NCBI RefSeq assembly: GCF_002571385.2
Contig: NW_019217842.1
Location: forward strand, 586,605-650,604
Source: Stylophora pistillata
Taxonomy: Eukaryota
Direction of reading: 5' to 3'
DNA length: 64,000 nt
Positions 25,772 to 37,073 of the stretch are shown here, piece after piece. The notes beneath the pieces are model-generated. The model made no database searches and had not been told where the DNA came from. It worked only from the letters and a program-made list of their open reading frames with translations. The position numbers and the translations under genes were made by a program. Within the stretch, counting starts at the first letter, position 1. Every line of letters starts with the position of its first letter.

Positions 25772-25930
25772 AGTATGAAGCACGATCCTTCGCAGTAGAT
25801 AGCGCTATTTATGCGATAGCGAAAATCACGCCTGAAAAAAATCAGGCCAGATGGGGCCGGATTTTTTTCAGGTCTGATTTCGCTATTGCATAAATAGCGC
25901 TATCTACTGCGAAGGATCGTGCATCATACG
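25772..25930. repeat. Foldback palindrome with about 75-bp arms
   Basis: gcacgatccttcgcagtagatagcgctatttatgc... pairs with ...gcataaatagcgctatctactgcgaaggatcgtgc. Confidence 0.8.
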
Positions 25931-28089
25931 TATTTAATACCGCAGTTCAAAATATATGAACTTCGTATATTCATTGTATCCAAGGAACTCTTATGTAGAT
26001 GTTTCGCTTGACAGACCCTCTGTTTGATGAACGACTGCACAGAAAGCTTGGATATTGCGCGTCTATTTTCAGCTAAACTTACTCATTAGAAAGTTATTGC
26101 GATTAGCACGTCGACACTCTTGTATGGTTATATGTCTTAATTCTCTCGTTATATCTTATCTTAGAACTAAAAATGTAATCAGTGACCTCTTACGACGAAC
26201 CCTTCTACTTTTCGAATTATTCCGGTTCTTTCTCGTTCATGGAGATTGTACGATGTGTCTGTAGAGATGGGGAAATTGCATTGAGATACAAAGTTGACTT
26301 TGTGTAATTTCCTTTGTGGTAAGCTATTCCTAATTAGTAAGCCATGTAATTTGCTTTCGCTGCTTTAGCGCCTAATATGTTGTCCGTTCTGTTAGGACTG
26401 AGGTTTTACAGCTGTAAATGCCTAAATCGTCGATACGCAATGGAAAAATGAATTAGGTCAAAGAGTTGTTTGTTCCATTCCAAAATAATGTACCTGTTAA
26501 CAAGATTGCATTTAGAGTATGTTTGATGGATGAGGTCGGGCACAAATTTGTGGCTGGTTGACTCAACAGTGAGGAAGTTAGAACCAAAGCTGGGTTAAGA
26601 TAACCCAGGGTTACTGTAAAATCTGATTTCAGATCTTAAAGGTTTAAAAGGAAATTCAGTGGAATTCTTTTTTTCTACAACTTGGTGATTGGATGCTATA
26701 AAAAGTGTAAGGAATATTATCCCAAAAAAGACTTTTGAACAAAGGATTAAAGAAACCCTTATTAGAATTTAACCTTGGGTTAGTGCTAATCAGCCTTCGA
26801 ACAACTGGGCCCCCAGGAGTATTAGAATATGAGACCATCAATTTATCTTGTGAGACTGGGTCTGAGATAGTTGTCGGTGATTAACTGAAAATCTATTGAT
26901 CACAACTTCACCCCTACGAATCGTTTTGATCAGGTTGGGATAGTCATATCTATTAACTAAAAACAACATTCTGTAACCAACCCCAGTTTAGTTTGTGTAA
27001 TCAAATTCAAATGTGTGAGGACCCTTCATATATATTCCCAGTGTGCATGCTTATAAAATTAGTATTGTGTCCCCACATTAGTATGGGATATCTCCCAAAC
27101 TAGAAGGTTCTTTGACACATTAATAAAGTTTCTATCTATCTATCTATTAAAGGTGTCAAGAGAAAACATTTTCTCTGCAATTGACCTCAGTATTTTACTT
27201 TCTAAAATGAGAGGAAACTTTAGTAGAAAGAAAAGAAAACCTTTGCATGGCAGCAAGTTAGTGGGAAAATGGAATAAAAACAAGAGCACCTTCGTGAAAG
27301 CAAGATTCAAACGAAAATTCAGCTCTTAAACTGATCTCTCACAGCCATGGCAATAAACTTAATTCACAGCAGATGCAACCTCCTTATTTGTATTTTTTGC
27401 TTCTTTCTTTTTTATATGTTAAGAATATACATGAAAGAATAACATGCTTCTGATAGGCTGCTTTTTTCATTTAACAGAAATGCAAAGTTGTAACATGAGT
27501 GCAAAGTTTTAAGACAAGTTCAAATTACAAATAGCACTCGTTGTCTAATTTTTTTCCTGGACTTTCTGTGATATATTTTTCATGTAAACTATTGATAAGT
27601 AACAACATGATTTCTTGTGCAATTTGTTGTAAATAAGTTTGTAAATTTTTCAGACTACAAATTGCACTCGCCCTTGGGCTCCCACAATTTGTTTTTCTTC
27701 AAAAAAATTTACCTTTGCTTATTAACACCAAATTGCACTTGAAATTATGCTATCACCTCTACTAAATGAACCAAAGTACTTATATATCCCACACAGGTGA
27801 ACATTAACTTTATTTTCTTTCTCCTTTTTACTCTGAGGGAGCCCAATATCTATAAGTCCCATGGTTTCTCTTTGGGCTTCTTCACCACTTTTATTTGTTT
27901 TTGTGTGACTGTCTTGTTTTTATCATTATTTGCATTTTGTGGTGAAAAAGGTTATTTGTATTTTGTGATAAATAAATAAAAAAAATATTTAGATCAATGA
28001 AAGACTGTCGATAATATCACTAATCAAGAATTAACCAATGAAAATTTGATATGTGGTTAGGAACTAGTAGCAGTATAAAACAGTTTTAA

Positions 28090-30156
28090 GGAGGCTCGAG
28101 AGGGGTTGTTTGACCGCGCGGAGAATGGATTCCAAGATACACGCAAGCTAATTACTCGTGAGAAAAATAAACAATGGCGCGCGCGATCAGATCCATGGGC
28201 GATTTGTAAGCAAACATGGCTGCCATGAGTGTTTCAAAATTGCCGGCACCTCTATTGTTTCCAGCAGAAGTGGTTGTTTGAGAAACAAAAATGGAAAGTT
28301 TACTTCTTGAAAGCAGCTAGGAAAATATTCAGATGGCAGGATTCTTGCCGAAAGTGGTCAAAAAATTTTATTTAACGAGTGAAAGGAGGATGGTGAAGTC
28401 GACACCCCATCAATAAAGTCGCGTCAAGTGCATTCAGTAGATCTTATTTTGTCCGCGAAAAATTTAAGTGGATACCTCTGAGTGCTACAATTTGTTTTGC
28501 ATTGAATTTGATTCCTAATAAAATGAAATGACCGAAACCTTTCTTAAACAACTCACTGGAAGATGAAAAGGAAAATGAAATCATTGTTGGATGCAAGATT
28601 GTAAACATTGACAGTTTTATTAACAGAAATGGAGAAGTGTAAATGTTGCCATAAAAATAAACATAATTTTCAGTAAACAAGAGATCATAAAAATGTAGAT
28701 GAGACTTTAATTCTAATTCAACCACAAATGGTAAAATTAAAATAAAATATTCATCTTAAACTTGTGAGAAAGATTGTTGATATTTCCCTCGATAAACTGT
28801 AAATTACAACTACCAAAATGCTTAGTCCCATTTGTTAAGAAAGGATTGCAAAATTTGTTTTGTTTTCCATTTAAAACAGAATAATGAAAGTTCACGGTTA
28901 TGACAGTGGCAAAGAGAAAAAAAAAAAGAAGCCAAGGCTTGTTCATACCTCTAGTGCCTCGAAAATTATAGAAATTCGCAAAATCTGTGACGACCAACAA
29001 ATTGCTGATGTATATGAAACCCTAATTTCCGCTGAGTTTGATGCTCATGACAATCTGGAAGATGACAAAGCAAATTATTTTAACTCCAAATTGTTTTCAC
29101 TCTTCCACTCCAAACTGCACATGAACAATCATGGTAAATGTGCATCGCCACATGAGGCCTTTGATCAAACCATCTTCTCGGAACAGCGACAAGATACCAT
29201 CCAGATGTTCGATGGAAAGCTTCATCTTTCGACAAAAATGGTCCAGAAGCTGGCAGATGCGGGTTTGTCTCATGTTACACTACAATCTCTGTACGAGAAA
29301 CTTAACATTAACGGCCTCAATGGAGTACTGGTATCGGCGCCATCTGCAAAATCAACTTGTCATCATATATCAAATTCCGCCAGAGAATTCTCTCCGGAGT
29401 TTCTCTCTGGAGTTCATTTCCAACTGTCGTAATGGTAAGCAGTCTGAGTCTCAAATGATGACTCACTTTTCAGGAATGTGTAAAATCGCAAAACAATGTG
29501 AATCTGATCCATCTTCAGGATGAACGATTTTTCCGCGCTGAGGGCATCTGTCGATTAATCGCGCGGACACGGACTCATCCTCGCAAAAATGAGCCCTTGA
29601 GTCAGCGGTATCGTTTAAAACGCGTGACTGGATATAAAAGTGGGAGCTAAAATTGCAAAAACCAGAAATAAAGCTCGCTAAGTTGATGAACTAATATCTT
29701 GAAAATTAGTTCGGTGACCTACCCTGATTTTTTGTGTACAAATTAATTTCATCATTACGTGTTTCTGAAGAAAATTTAAAAAAAATTATTAGTGGAAAGT
29801 TTTTTACATTTTAAAACAGCATTTTCCTAAATAATTCAAGTTCTTCTTGATAGTTTTTTTTAATATCACATGGACAGGTAGAGAATGTGATGATGTTTAA
29901 GAAATTTGAAAAAAAAAACTAGGTCACCGACTTGGTTTTTGAGATATCTTTCAAAAACTGAGTTTTAGAAGGTCTTGTAGCACTACTGTACCATTGCCAT
30001 GGCAACAGGTAATGCCTGGTGAACCCCCTCAAAAGATTGCCCTAACATAGTGTTATGCATATATCAAGTCATTATCCTGATGATAAGTTTGACAGTCCTG
30101 ATATCTTTTACTGATTGACACTTGCTGTAAATTGTGGAAAACCCTTTCGAGCCTCC
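28090..30156 (+). mobile_element. Kolobok-like DNA transposon, internally deleted (2067 bp), with ORF remnant 28884-29432
   Basis: TTAA at 28086-28089 and 30157-30160. TIR GGAGGCTCGAGAGGGG / CCCTTTCGAGCCTCC. RR..YY termini with a TTAA TSD are Kolobok hallmarks. Confidence 0.75.
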
Positions 30157-30176
30157 TTAAAAAGAATGGAGTCACC

Positions 30177-30570
30177 GAGGCATGAGTAGTCCAGTGGTGA
30201 GTGCGCTGGACTCTGGGTCAAATGGCCTGGGTTCAAGTCCTGGCTGGGGCTTGACGTTGTGTCCTTAAGCAAGACGCTTCACTCACATTGCTTCGTCTTC
30301 TCGGATAGGACGTAAAGCCAGAGGCCCCGTCTCCTGCACCTATCAATTAGTTAATTTCGGCAGGGGACGTCAAAGAACCCACATCACAAGATTACTGTGA
30401 TGTGGTCTGGCCTGTTTACTGGGAAGGGGGGAGGGGGCATCTGTAAAGATTTCTCCTTTATTAATGGTAAACTGCCCCAGGCAGTCTGAAAAAGTCCCCC
30501 GCACAGTGTTGAAAAGCGCATTAGAGCATTTACATGGAAATGTGCTTTATAAATCGATCTATATTATTAT
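30177..30570 (+). mobile_element. tRNA-derived SINE with an L2-type 3' tail
   Basis: A box tagtccagtgg, B box ggttcaagtcc, core ttgtgtccttaagcaagac; ends aaagcgcattagagc...gctttataaat...tattattat. Confidence 0.7.
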
Positions 30571-30845
30571 ACCTACATTGCTTTTTTATAAACACACTGA
30601 AACATTTTGTAATACTGCTGTAGATCGGTGAAAGCTTGTAATAAAAAAGAAATAAAGTAGCTCAAGGCCTCTTAATCATATCATCCATTTAATCAACATG
30701 CTACAGAAGGTCAAGTACAAATGTTTACTAGTTTTAATCAGAGTTTGATACTAAATAATTTTCTTTTCATTTTCTCATGGTGACTATTTTTGTTTCTTTG
30801 TAATTTTCAGGCTCAATAAAGTTGTTTGGATACTTTTGATTAAAC

Positions 30846-32189
30846 ATGGAACCTAACACACCGAATGACAATGGTAATTATGCTTTAAAAGTAATCTTAA
30901 TTTTTTGTGGACTATTTTCATCTCTAATCCAATCAGTGTATCTCATGAGTATTTTTTAGACTACAAATGTAAGGTGTCTTGTACAAGAAAACATGATGTC
31001 ATAAGCCAGACCTTAAACAGAGATCCTCAGAGAATCTTTGGGATATGAGCCCTCTCAGCATGGCATTTCCTTTGTGACCCGAAATGTTAATTTTATTTGA
31101 TTGATTGACAGGTTCTGCACCACCTGCCTATGCACCTCCCCCCTACCCAGGACCAGGAGATGCATCAGCTCAGCCGCAGTACCCTCCCCCTGGCCAGGGG
31201 TATGGTTGGCAACAGTCACCACCAGCAGCATACCCAGGCCCTCCGCAGCCATATGCAGGTGCCCCACCTGTAACCCATCCTCCTCACTTGGGAGGTGATT
31301 CAACTGACAAAGGAGGATTCCCAACACATCCCCCTAGCTACCAAGGACAGCCTGGTTATCCTGCACAGCCTGGTTATCCTGCACAGCCTGGTTATTCTGC
31401 ACAGCCTGGTTACCACCCAGGTTATCAGCAAGGTTATCATGTTCCCCCCATAACAACTCAACAAACAAACTCTGTTACTGTTGTGGTAAGTGAGGATCAT
31501 TGTTCACATTAACTTTCTTCCTGTAATTTTTTGCAGTCTGAAAACTGATCATAAACACTGTCAAATTCACTTAGCTTCATACCCTATTCACTATTTTCAG
31601 CAAGGGGGTGTTGGACCAAGTGTTATTGTGGCACCACAGATAGCACCTCCTGATTACTGTTTCCTGGCCTGGTTTGCCTGTTTCTTCTGTTTTTGCCCAA
31701 CTGGAATTTGTGCCATATTGAAATCCAATGAGGTAAGCAGTCACATGCTCTCATGAGTTCAGTCCACATGTGCTTTGCATGACATATATTGTGTGATATT
31801 TAACTTACCAAATGTCTCTCTTGATCTGCATTCATAAGAAATTAGCTAACTTTCCTCACAGTTAACTTGTTGCAAAGATCATGGGTTCAAATCTAATACA
31901 GGCCTGAATTGTTTCTGGTTCTTATTTTCACTACCACTTTAGTGGTGTTCATTACTGCAAAGATTGCTTTCATGTTCATTACCTTCCTATGAACACAAAA
32001 GAGTGCAATTATTTTTCTCTTTTCATCTTTTGACAGACACGGGATGCCATTATGCGAGGAGACTTTGCTACAGCCAATATGTTGAGCATGGAGACCAGGA
32101 AGTTGGCAAACTTGTCAATTGGCATTGGAATCACTCTCTTTGTTGTGGGCATGATTGTCCGTTTTGTAGCCTTCACTGCTAGCATGTAA
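30846..32189 (+). CDS. CD225/dispanin (PRRT1-like) gene 4, 228 aa, Pro/Gly/Tyr/Gln-rich N-terminus
   Basis: Exons 30846-30873, 31112-31485, 31601-31732, 32037-32189 (phases 1,0,0; 687 nt, open). PPDYCFLAWFACFFCFCPTGICAILKSNE|TRDAIMRGDFATANMLS followed by a TM helix. The 28-nt first coding exon matches gene 2. Confidence 0.92.
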
Positions 32190-34036
32190 ACAGGAGGACA
32201 TGATAATTATTTCCTCCTTTAAGACCCCATACTTCCAAGCAGACAAAGCATATTTTTTACTTCTTATCGAACAAAAAGTTAAATTAGTTGGAGAATGTTT
32301 TAGTCCTTAATAAATAGGTTCAAGAGATTTAGAAACATTTAATTTTAGACCCTCAGGTCATTAAAAGGTTATAATATCAATGGTCATTTAACTTTCAAAT
32401 TTTCAGCTTTATTAAGTCTACTTGGTGGTTTTCACAAATCTATTTTTGTCAACTTTAAGTTGATAAATAAATGTAGGTAGTCTGCCAGCTTTTTGATTAT
32501 GGTGGAGTAAGCATATAATCATATATATTTGATACGATCATAGTGCAGGAACATTCACCTGTAGCTCATTAGCTTAGTTGGCCTGGCAGTGAAAGCATGT
32601 GAAAGTAAGGTGATGGATTTGCATCTCAGCACAGGGCTTGAAGCTGCTACCCTCTTGGTCTCCAGCCTGAAAAGGGGAATTTTGTTAGCTAAATTTGCAG
32701 CGAAAATTGCCACTTTGGTGAACTGTGTTTGGCAGTCATGTAGCTTATGGTCTTTAGTTAATGGGAGATTAACATTTGCATAAAAAAAAACTGAGTCTTT
32801 CTGGGCTTTTTTTCCCCTTTTCCTCCTTCTGCCTTCAAATATATTTTTTCTTCAACCATTTTAAGATTTCTAGTCTCCAATTGGTGAATTTGAAAATAGT
32901 AGAGCCCAAAGCCCTGCACCAATATTGAAGGTTGTCATCATAGAGTAATGTAATTACTTAATGTACAGCAGGTGCGTTATCTTTTTCATGAGGAATAATT
33001 GATTTAGATATTGGTACCTCAGCTAATGCTGTTTTTCGTCATGACTTATTGCTGGTAGTAGGCACAAAGGTGGTCTCTTAAAGAGGCCATGTCGCATTAG
33101 GATGACTTTTGAGAATTACAAATGATTATCTGACTTTATTACCAACCACTTAACCTTCATACCAAGTTTTTTAGAAGAGCAAACATTAAAATATCGACTT
33201 ACTTTAATTTGCTCCCTGCTTTGAATTACAATGTTCAATGACAAGCCATAAGGTTGTCACCAAGTAATAGTGAATAAGTGAATAAATGTAAGTCATTCAT
33301 ATGTATCAAACAAACAATAAATGAATTTCAGTCAAAGCTGAAATAGTGATGCACAGGCTAACATCCCATTTTGTGTGGGAGTAATTTACCTTGCAGCACT
33401 GGCTTTTAGTGGTTTTTGGACAGATGAGGCTATTTATTCCTAGTGCCCAACAATTATCTGTAAAGCAACCTTTTTAAATTAAAATAATACAGTTGCAGTA
33501 GTAGTATTAAATGATTGTTATTTAGGACATGTCCTTCAGAGGCAACAAAAGATCACAAATTATCTGGCTATTGACAGAATGAATTTTATCCAGAGAAGTA
33601 GGTTTGAGTCTATTTAAATACTAAACATATAATTATGTAGAAAAACCAGGAGTAACACTCATGATAGATTGTTACAAAACCAAATTAAACCAGTGATCAT
33701 ATCAGCCAATCAGAACAAAGGAAAAATTAGAAAGAACCAATTGAACTGGAAGAAAATATTTAAAAAGTGCCTCAAGACCGGGATAAGGCGCAGATAGCCC
33801 AAACTGTAGAATAGTAACAATTCTTGAGATAATTTGGACGTTCGAATCTTACCCTGATTCACAGTACATTTTCTTTTTTTTCATTTTTTTTTATTTTTTT
33901 TTTTATTATTGCCTTCTTGTTCTTGACACTCCCCTGAACGAATACAGGGGAAGGATAGCTAAAACTTAAAAAGAATTCGCTGAACCTTGTCCAGGGGAGC
34001 ATCAAGACCAACGAAAAGACACAAACTAAGCATTAA

Positions 34037-36200
34037 GAGCGTGTCTCTGTAATTTCCGACCACTCGAGATTGGTTCAAAAATAAATCTTGCCTTAAAACT
34101 TTGCATGTGGATAAGGAAACCATTGCCTATCATCGGAACAAAAGTGGTTTCCCTCAGATTTCAAAAGTTTTTTATTTTCTAACAATTTTCCGCACGTAGG
34201 TCAAATCGTGAAATTGACATCATTTGAGTACACAAAATGAGCAATCTTTATTAGGATCTCACGCTGTCAAAATGGATTCAATACGAGAGATATTCTGGAA
34301 TACAACAGTTTAATACATCAACTCTCCAAGTGTGATCACAAAGGTAGAGTATCTGGATAAATGTATACACTGTCGTTACGTCAAATATGCCACTACTTGA
34401 CTAAGCAGAAAAGTGGTACTTTTTAAATTGCGATTTCTCCGTATTGGGACAAAACTAGATATCAGGAGTTGTACACACTCAACAACCGTGCATGAGAGCA
34501 CTATATTCCGTAAAAATATCCATGGCTATTATCGCAGGAAAAAAATAAAGCGAAGTAGAAATGTGGGATTTTCACGGCGCTGCTTTCGGTAATTTGCATT
34601 CGTAATTATCCACAATGAATCACTAAATAATCGCAAATGAGCAGCTCGGTGCACTTACTAATACTGTAGAATGTCTGTAAGTCGGGTTTTATTGTCCGAA
34701 GATCCAAGGATTCCAAGGATTTTTTTCCGGGTGCAAGTCTGAAGGTGTTGAATGTTTTCGAGTGGACGCCAGCCTGGAGAAGAAGCTTTCTATCTTGCTT
34801 TCTTTAAAATATTCAACACCTTCAGAAGAGGAGGAGGTAGCGGGAGTTGAATGGAAAGAATTTGAAGATGAAGTAGAGCTTCTAAACTCTATCCATGCGC
34901 ACATTGGTTTGAAACACCCCGTTATCTATGACACTTTCGATGTTTGTGAATATGCTACTGAGCGAAAACTCCTGAAACTGAATAATACAATTCTCAAGGA
35001 AATTCTTGATTATTATGACATAACTTACACATCGAAGGACAGAAAAAAGGACTTTGTTGCAAAGATAGAAGAACTGGTAACAGAATGCGGTTGTCTCCAA
35101 TGACTGCCCCTCCCCTCCCCCTCCACTCCTTCCCCCCCCCGGTCCCGTGGCTGTCTAGATTCTCATGCAATCGAGGCCACAGTGTTGTTTATCAAAGAGA
35201 AGAATGTCACGATGAATGTTACTCGATTTCTTATAAATGACCGGCAAATTTGGAACAGTCTACAACTTGAATTCGGATGGAGCTGTGTACTTTAGGGGAT
35301 ACTGTTCTCAGCATGGCTTTAAAGTTGGAAGATGGACAGGATTACAGTGCTAGTATACAAATACTCGGTGCTGAATCGTAGCCTGCGTCGCAGACAGTCT
35401 AAACCGCCGGCATAGACTATACTAGGGATTGTGTGACACGTCCGGCTGTAACGCAGGCTACTGAATCGTCACTCAGAATGAATGACCTAAACTCCTACAG
35501 ACTCGCACCCGGAAAGAAATCCTTGGACCTTCGGACAATAAAACCCGACTTACGGACATTCTACAGTATAAGTATGGGCACTGAGCTATTCATTTGCGAT
35601 TATTTTGTGATTCATTGTGGACAATCACGAATGCAAATTACCGAAAGCAGCGCCGTACAGGTATGTGCAAATCACACATTTCTACTTCACTTAATTTTTT
35701 TCCTGCGATAATAGCCATGGATATTTTTACAGAATATAGTGTTCTCATGCACGATTGTTGAGTGGGTGTAACTCCTGATATCTAGTTTTGTCCCAGTACG
35801 GAGAAATCGCAATTTAAAAAGTACCACTTTTCGGCTTAGTCAAGTAGTGGTATATTTGACGTAACGACAGGGTATACATTTATCCAGATACTCTACCTTT
35901 GTGATCACACTTGGAAAGTTGACGTGTTAAACTGTTGTATTCCAGAATACCTCGTATTGAATCATTTTTGACAGCGTGAGATCCTAATAAAGATTGCTCA
36001 TTTTGTGTACTCAAATGATATCAATTTCACAATTTGACCTACGTGCGGAAAATTGTTAAAAAATAAAAAACTTTTGAAATCTGAGGGAAACCACTTTTGT
36101 TTCGATGATAGGCAATGGTTTCCTTATCCACATGCAAAGTTTAAGGCAAGATTTATTTTTGAACCAATCTCGAGAGGTCAGAAATTACAGAGACACGCTC
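34037..36200 (+). mobile_element. Kolobok-like foldback element (2164 bp) with about 700-bp inverted arms and a transposon-protein C-terminal remnant (to 35103)
   Basis: TTAA at 34033-34036 and 36201-36204. Termini GAGCGTGTCTC / GAGACACGCTC. 34037-34741 is the reverse complement of about 35497-36200. Confidence 0.88.
35379..35460. mobile_element. 82-bp hAT-like MITE nested in the Kolobok-like element
   Basis: TIR tagcctgcgt / acgcaggcta; perfect 8-bp TSD ctgaatcg (35371-35378, 35461-35468). Confidence 0.8.
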
Positions 36201-37073
36201 TTAAGAACGTTAAAATTAAGAATCATGGTCCAAATAAGAACGTCCAAATGTTGGCCTTTGTATCTGTTCAGGCACTCGTGATGACCCGAATGACCGAAAG
36301 AACACATCGTGAACCTCTCATCACTTCCACAAACATTATGGACGCCGAAATGTCACATGACTAGATTTGGATCTCCGCATGGAGATTAACACCTGTCTAA
36401 ATGTTTCCCTCGCAAACAAGCTAAAATGTGTAGCTAATTGTTGGCACACCAAGCTCACATGTAGAAGTACCAGCGAATACACCGAGCGCGTTCTTCCTAG
36501 CCCTTAAGTTCCAATGGTCCGATTCGCTAAGAGTAGTTGTAAGTCTTACTGCAAATTAGTGAAAGGATTTGGTATCACATCAGGATACCACCCAAAGACT
36601 GCTTCTCATCACCCGTCAGCTACATAATGTATTTACATCTGCGTGGAGAATTTGCATGGTGATCACCTTTGAGGTTTTACTTGCCAAGTATTATGATTAG
36701 CAGAAATTTAATAACGATGATTCAAGATGGATACCAGAAAAAGAGACCTTTGATAACTTTATTTATACAAGTTAGAAAGATCCACGCTCTTTCTCTTAAA
36801 AGAAAATGCCAAGTTCTATGCACAAAGCCAAGTTCAAAAGAGTAAATATTAAACTACAACTAAAGTACAAGCTAGGCCTCGTTTAGGTCTCGTTTAGGCA
36901 TTCAAAGAAAAGTTTTTGAACAATGTGCCCTTCATCTATTTCCAAGCCCTACAAAACTGACGAACAAGTCTGCAAGTCCTTGTATAACTAAGATGAGTTC
37001 TTTTTTCCAAATTGCGCAGTAAGTTTAGGGGATAATCCTTTGTTTGAGAATCACGCAGTTTTTCGTGTCTTTC

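Noticed and set aside
26880-27146. LINE 3' end with a (tcta)n tail
   Set aside because: The tail and aataaa suggest one, but there is no readable RT or endonuclease sequence to classify.
34702-34810. Plus-strand IQGFQGFFSG...LEKKLSILLSLK as the true N-terminal part of the transposon ORF
   Set aside because: The better match with correct spacing (IESFFSRLA) is on the minus strand; the plus frame is an inversion by-product.
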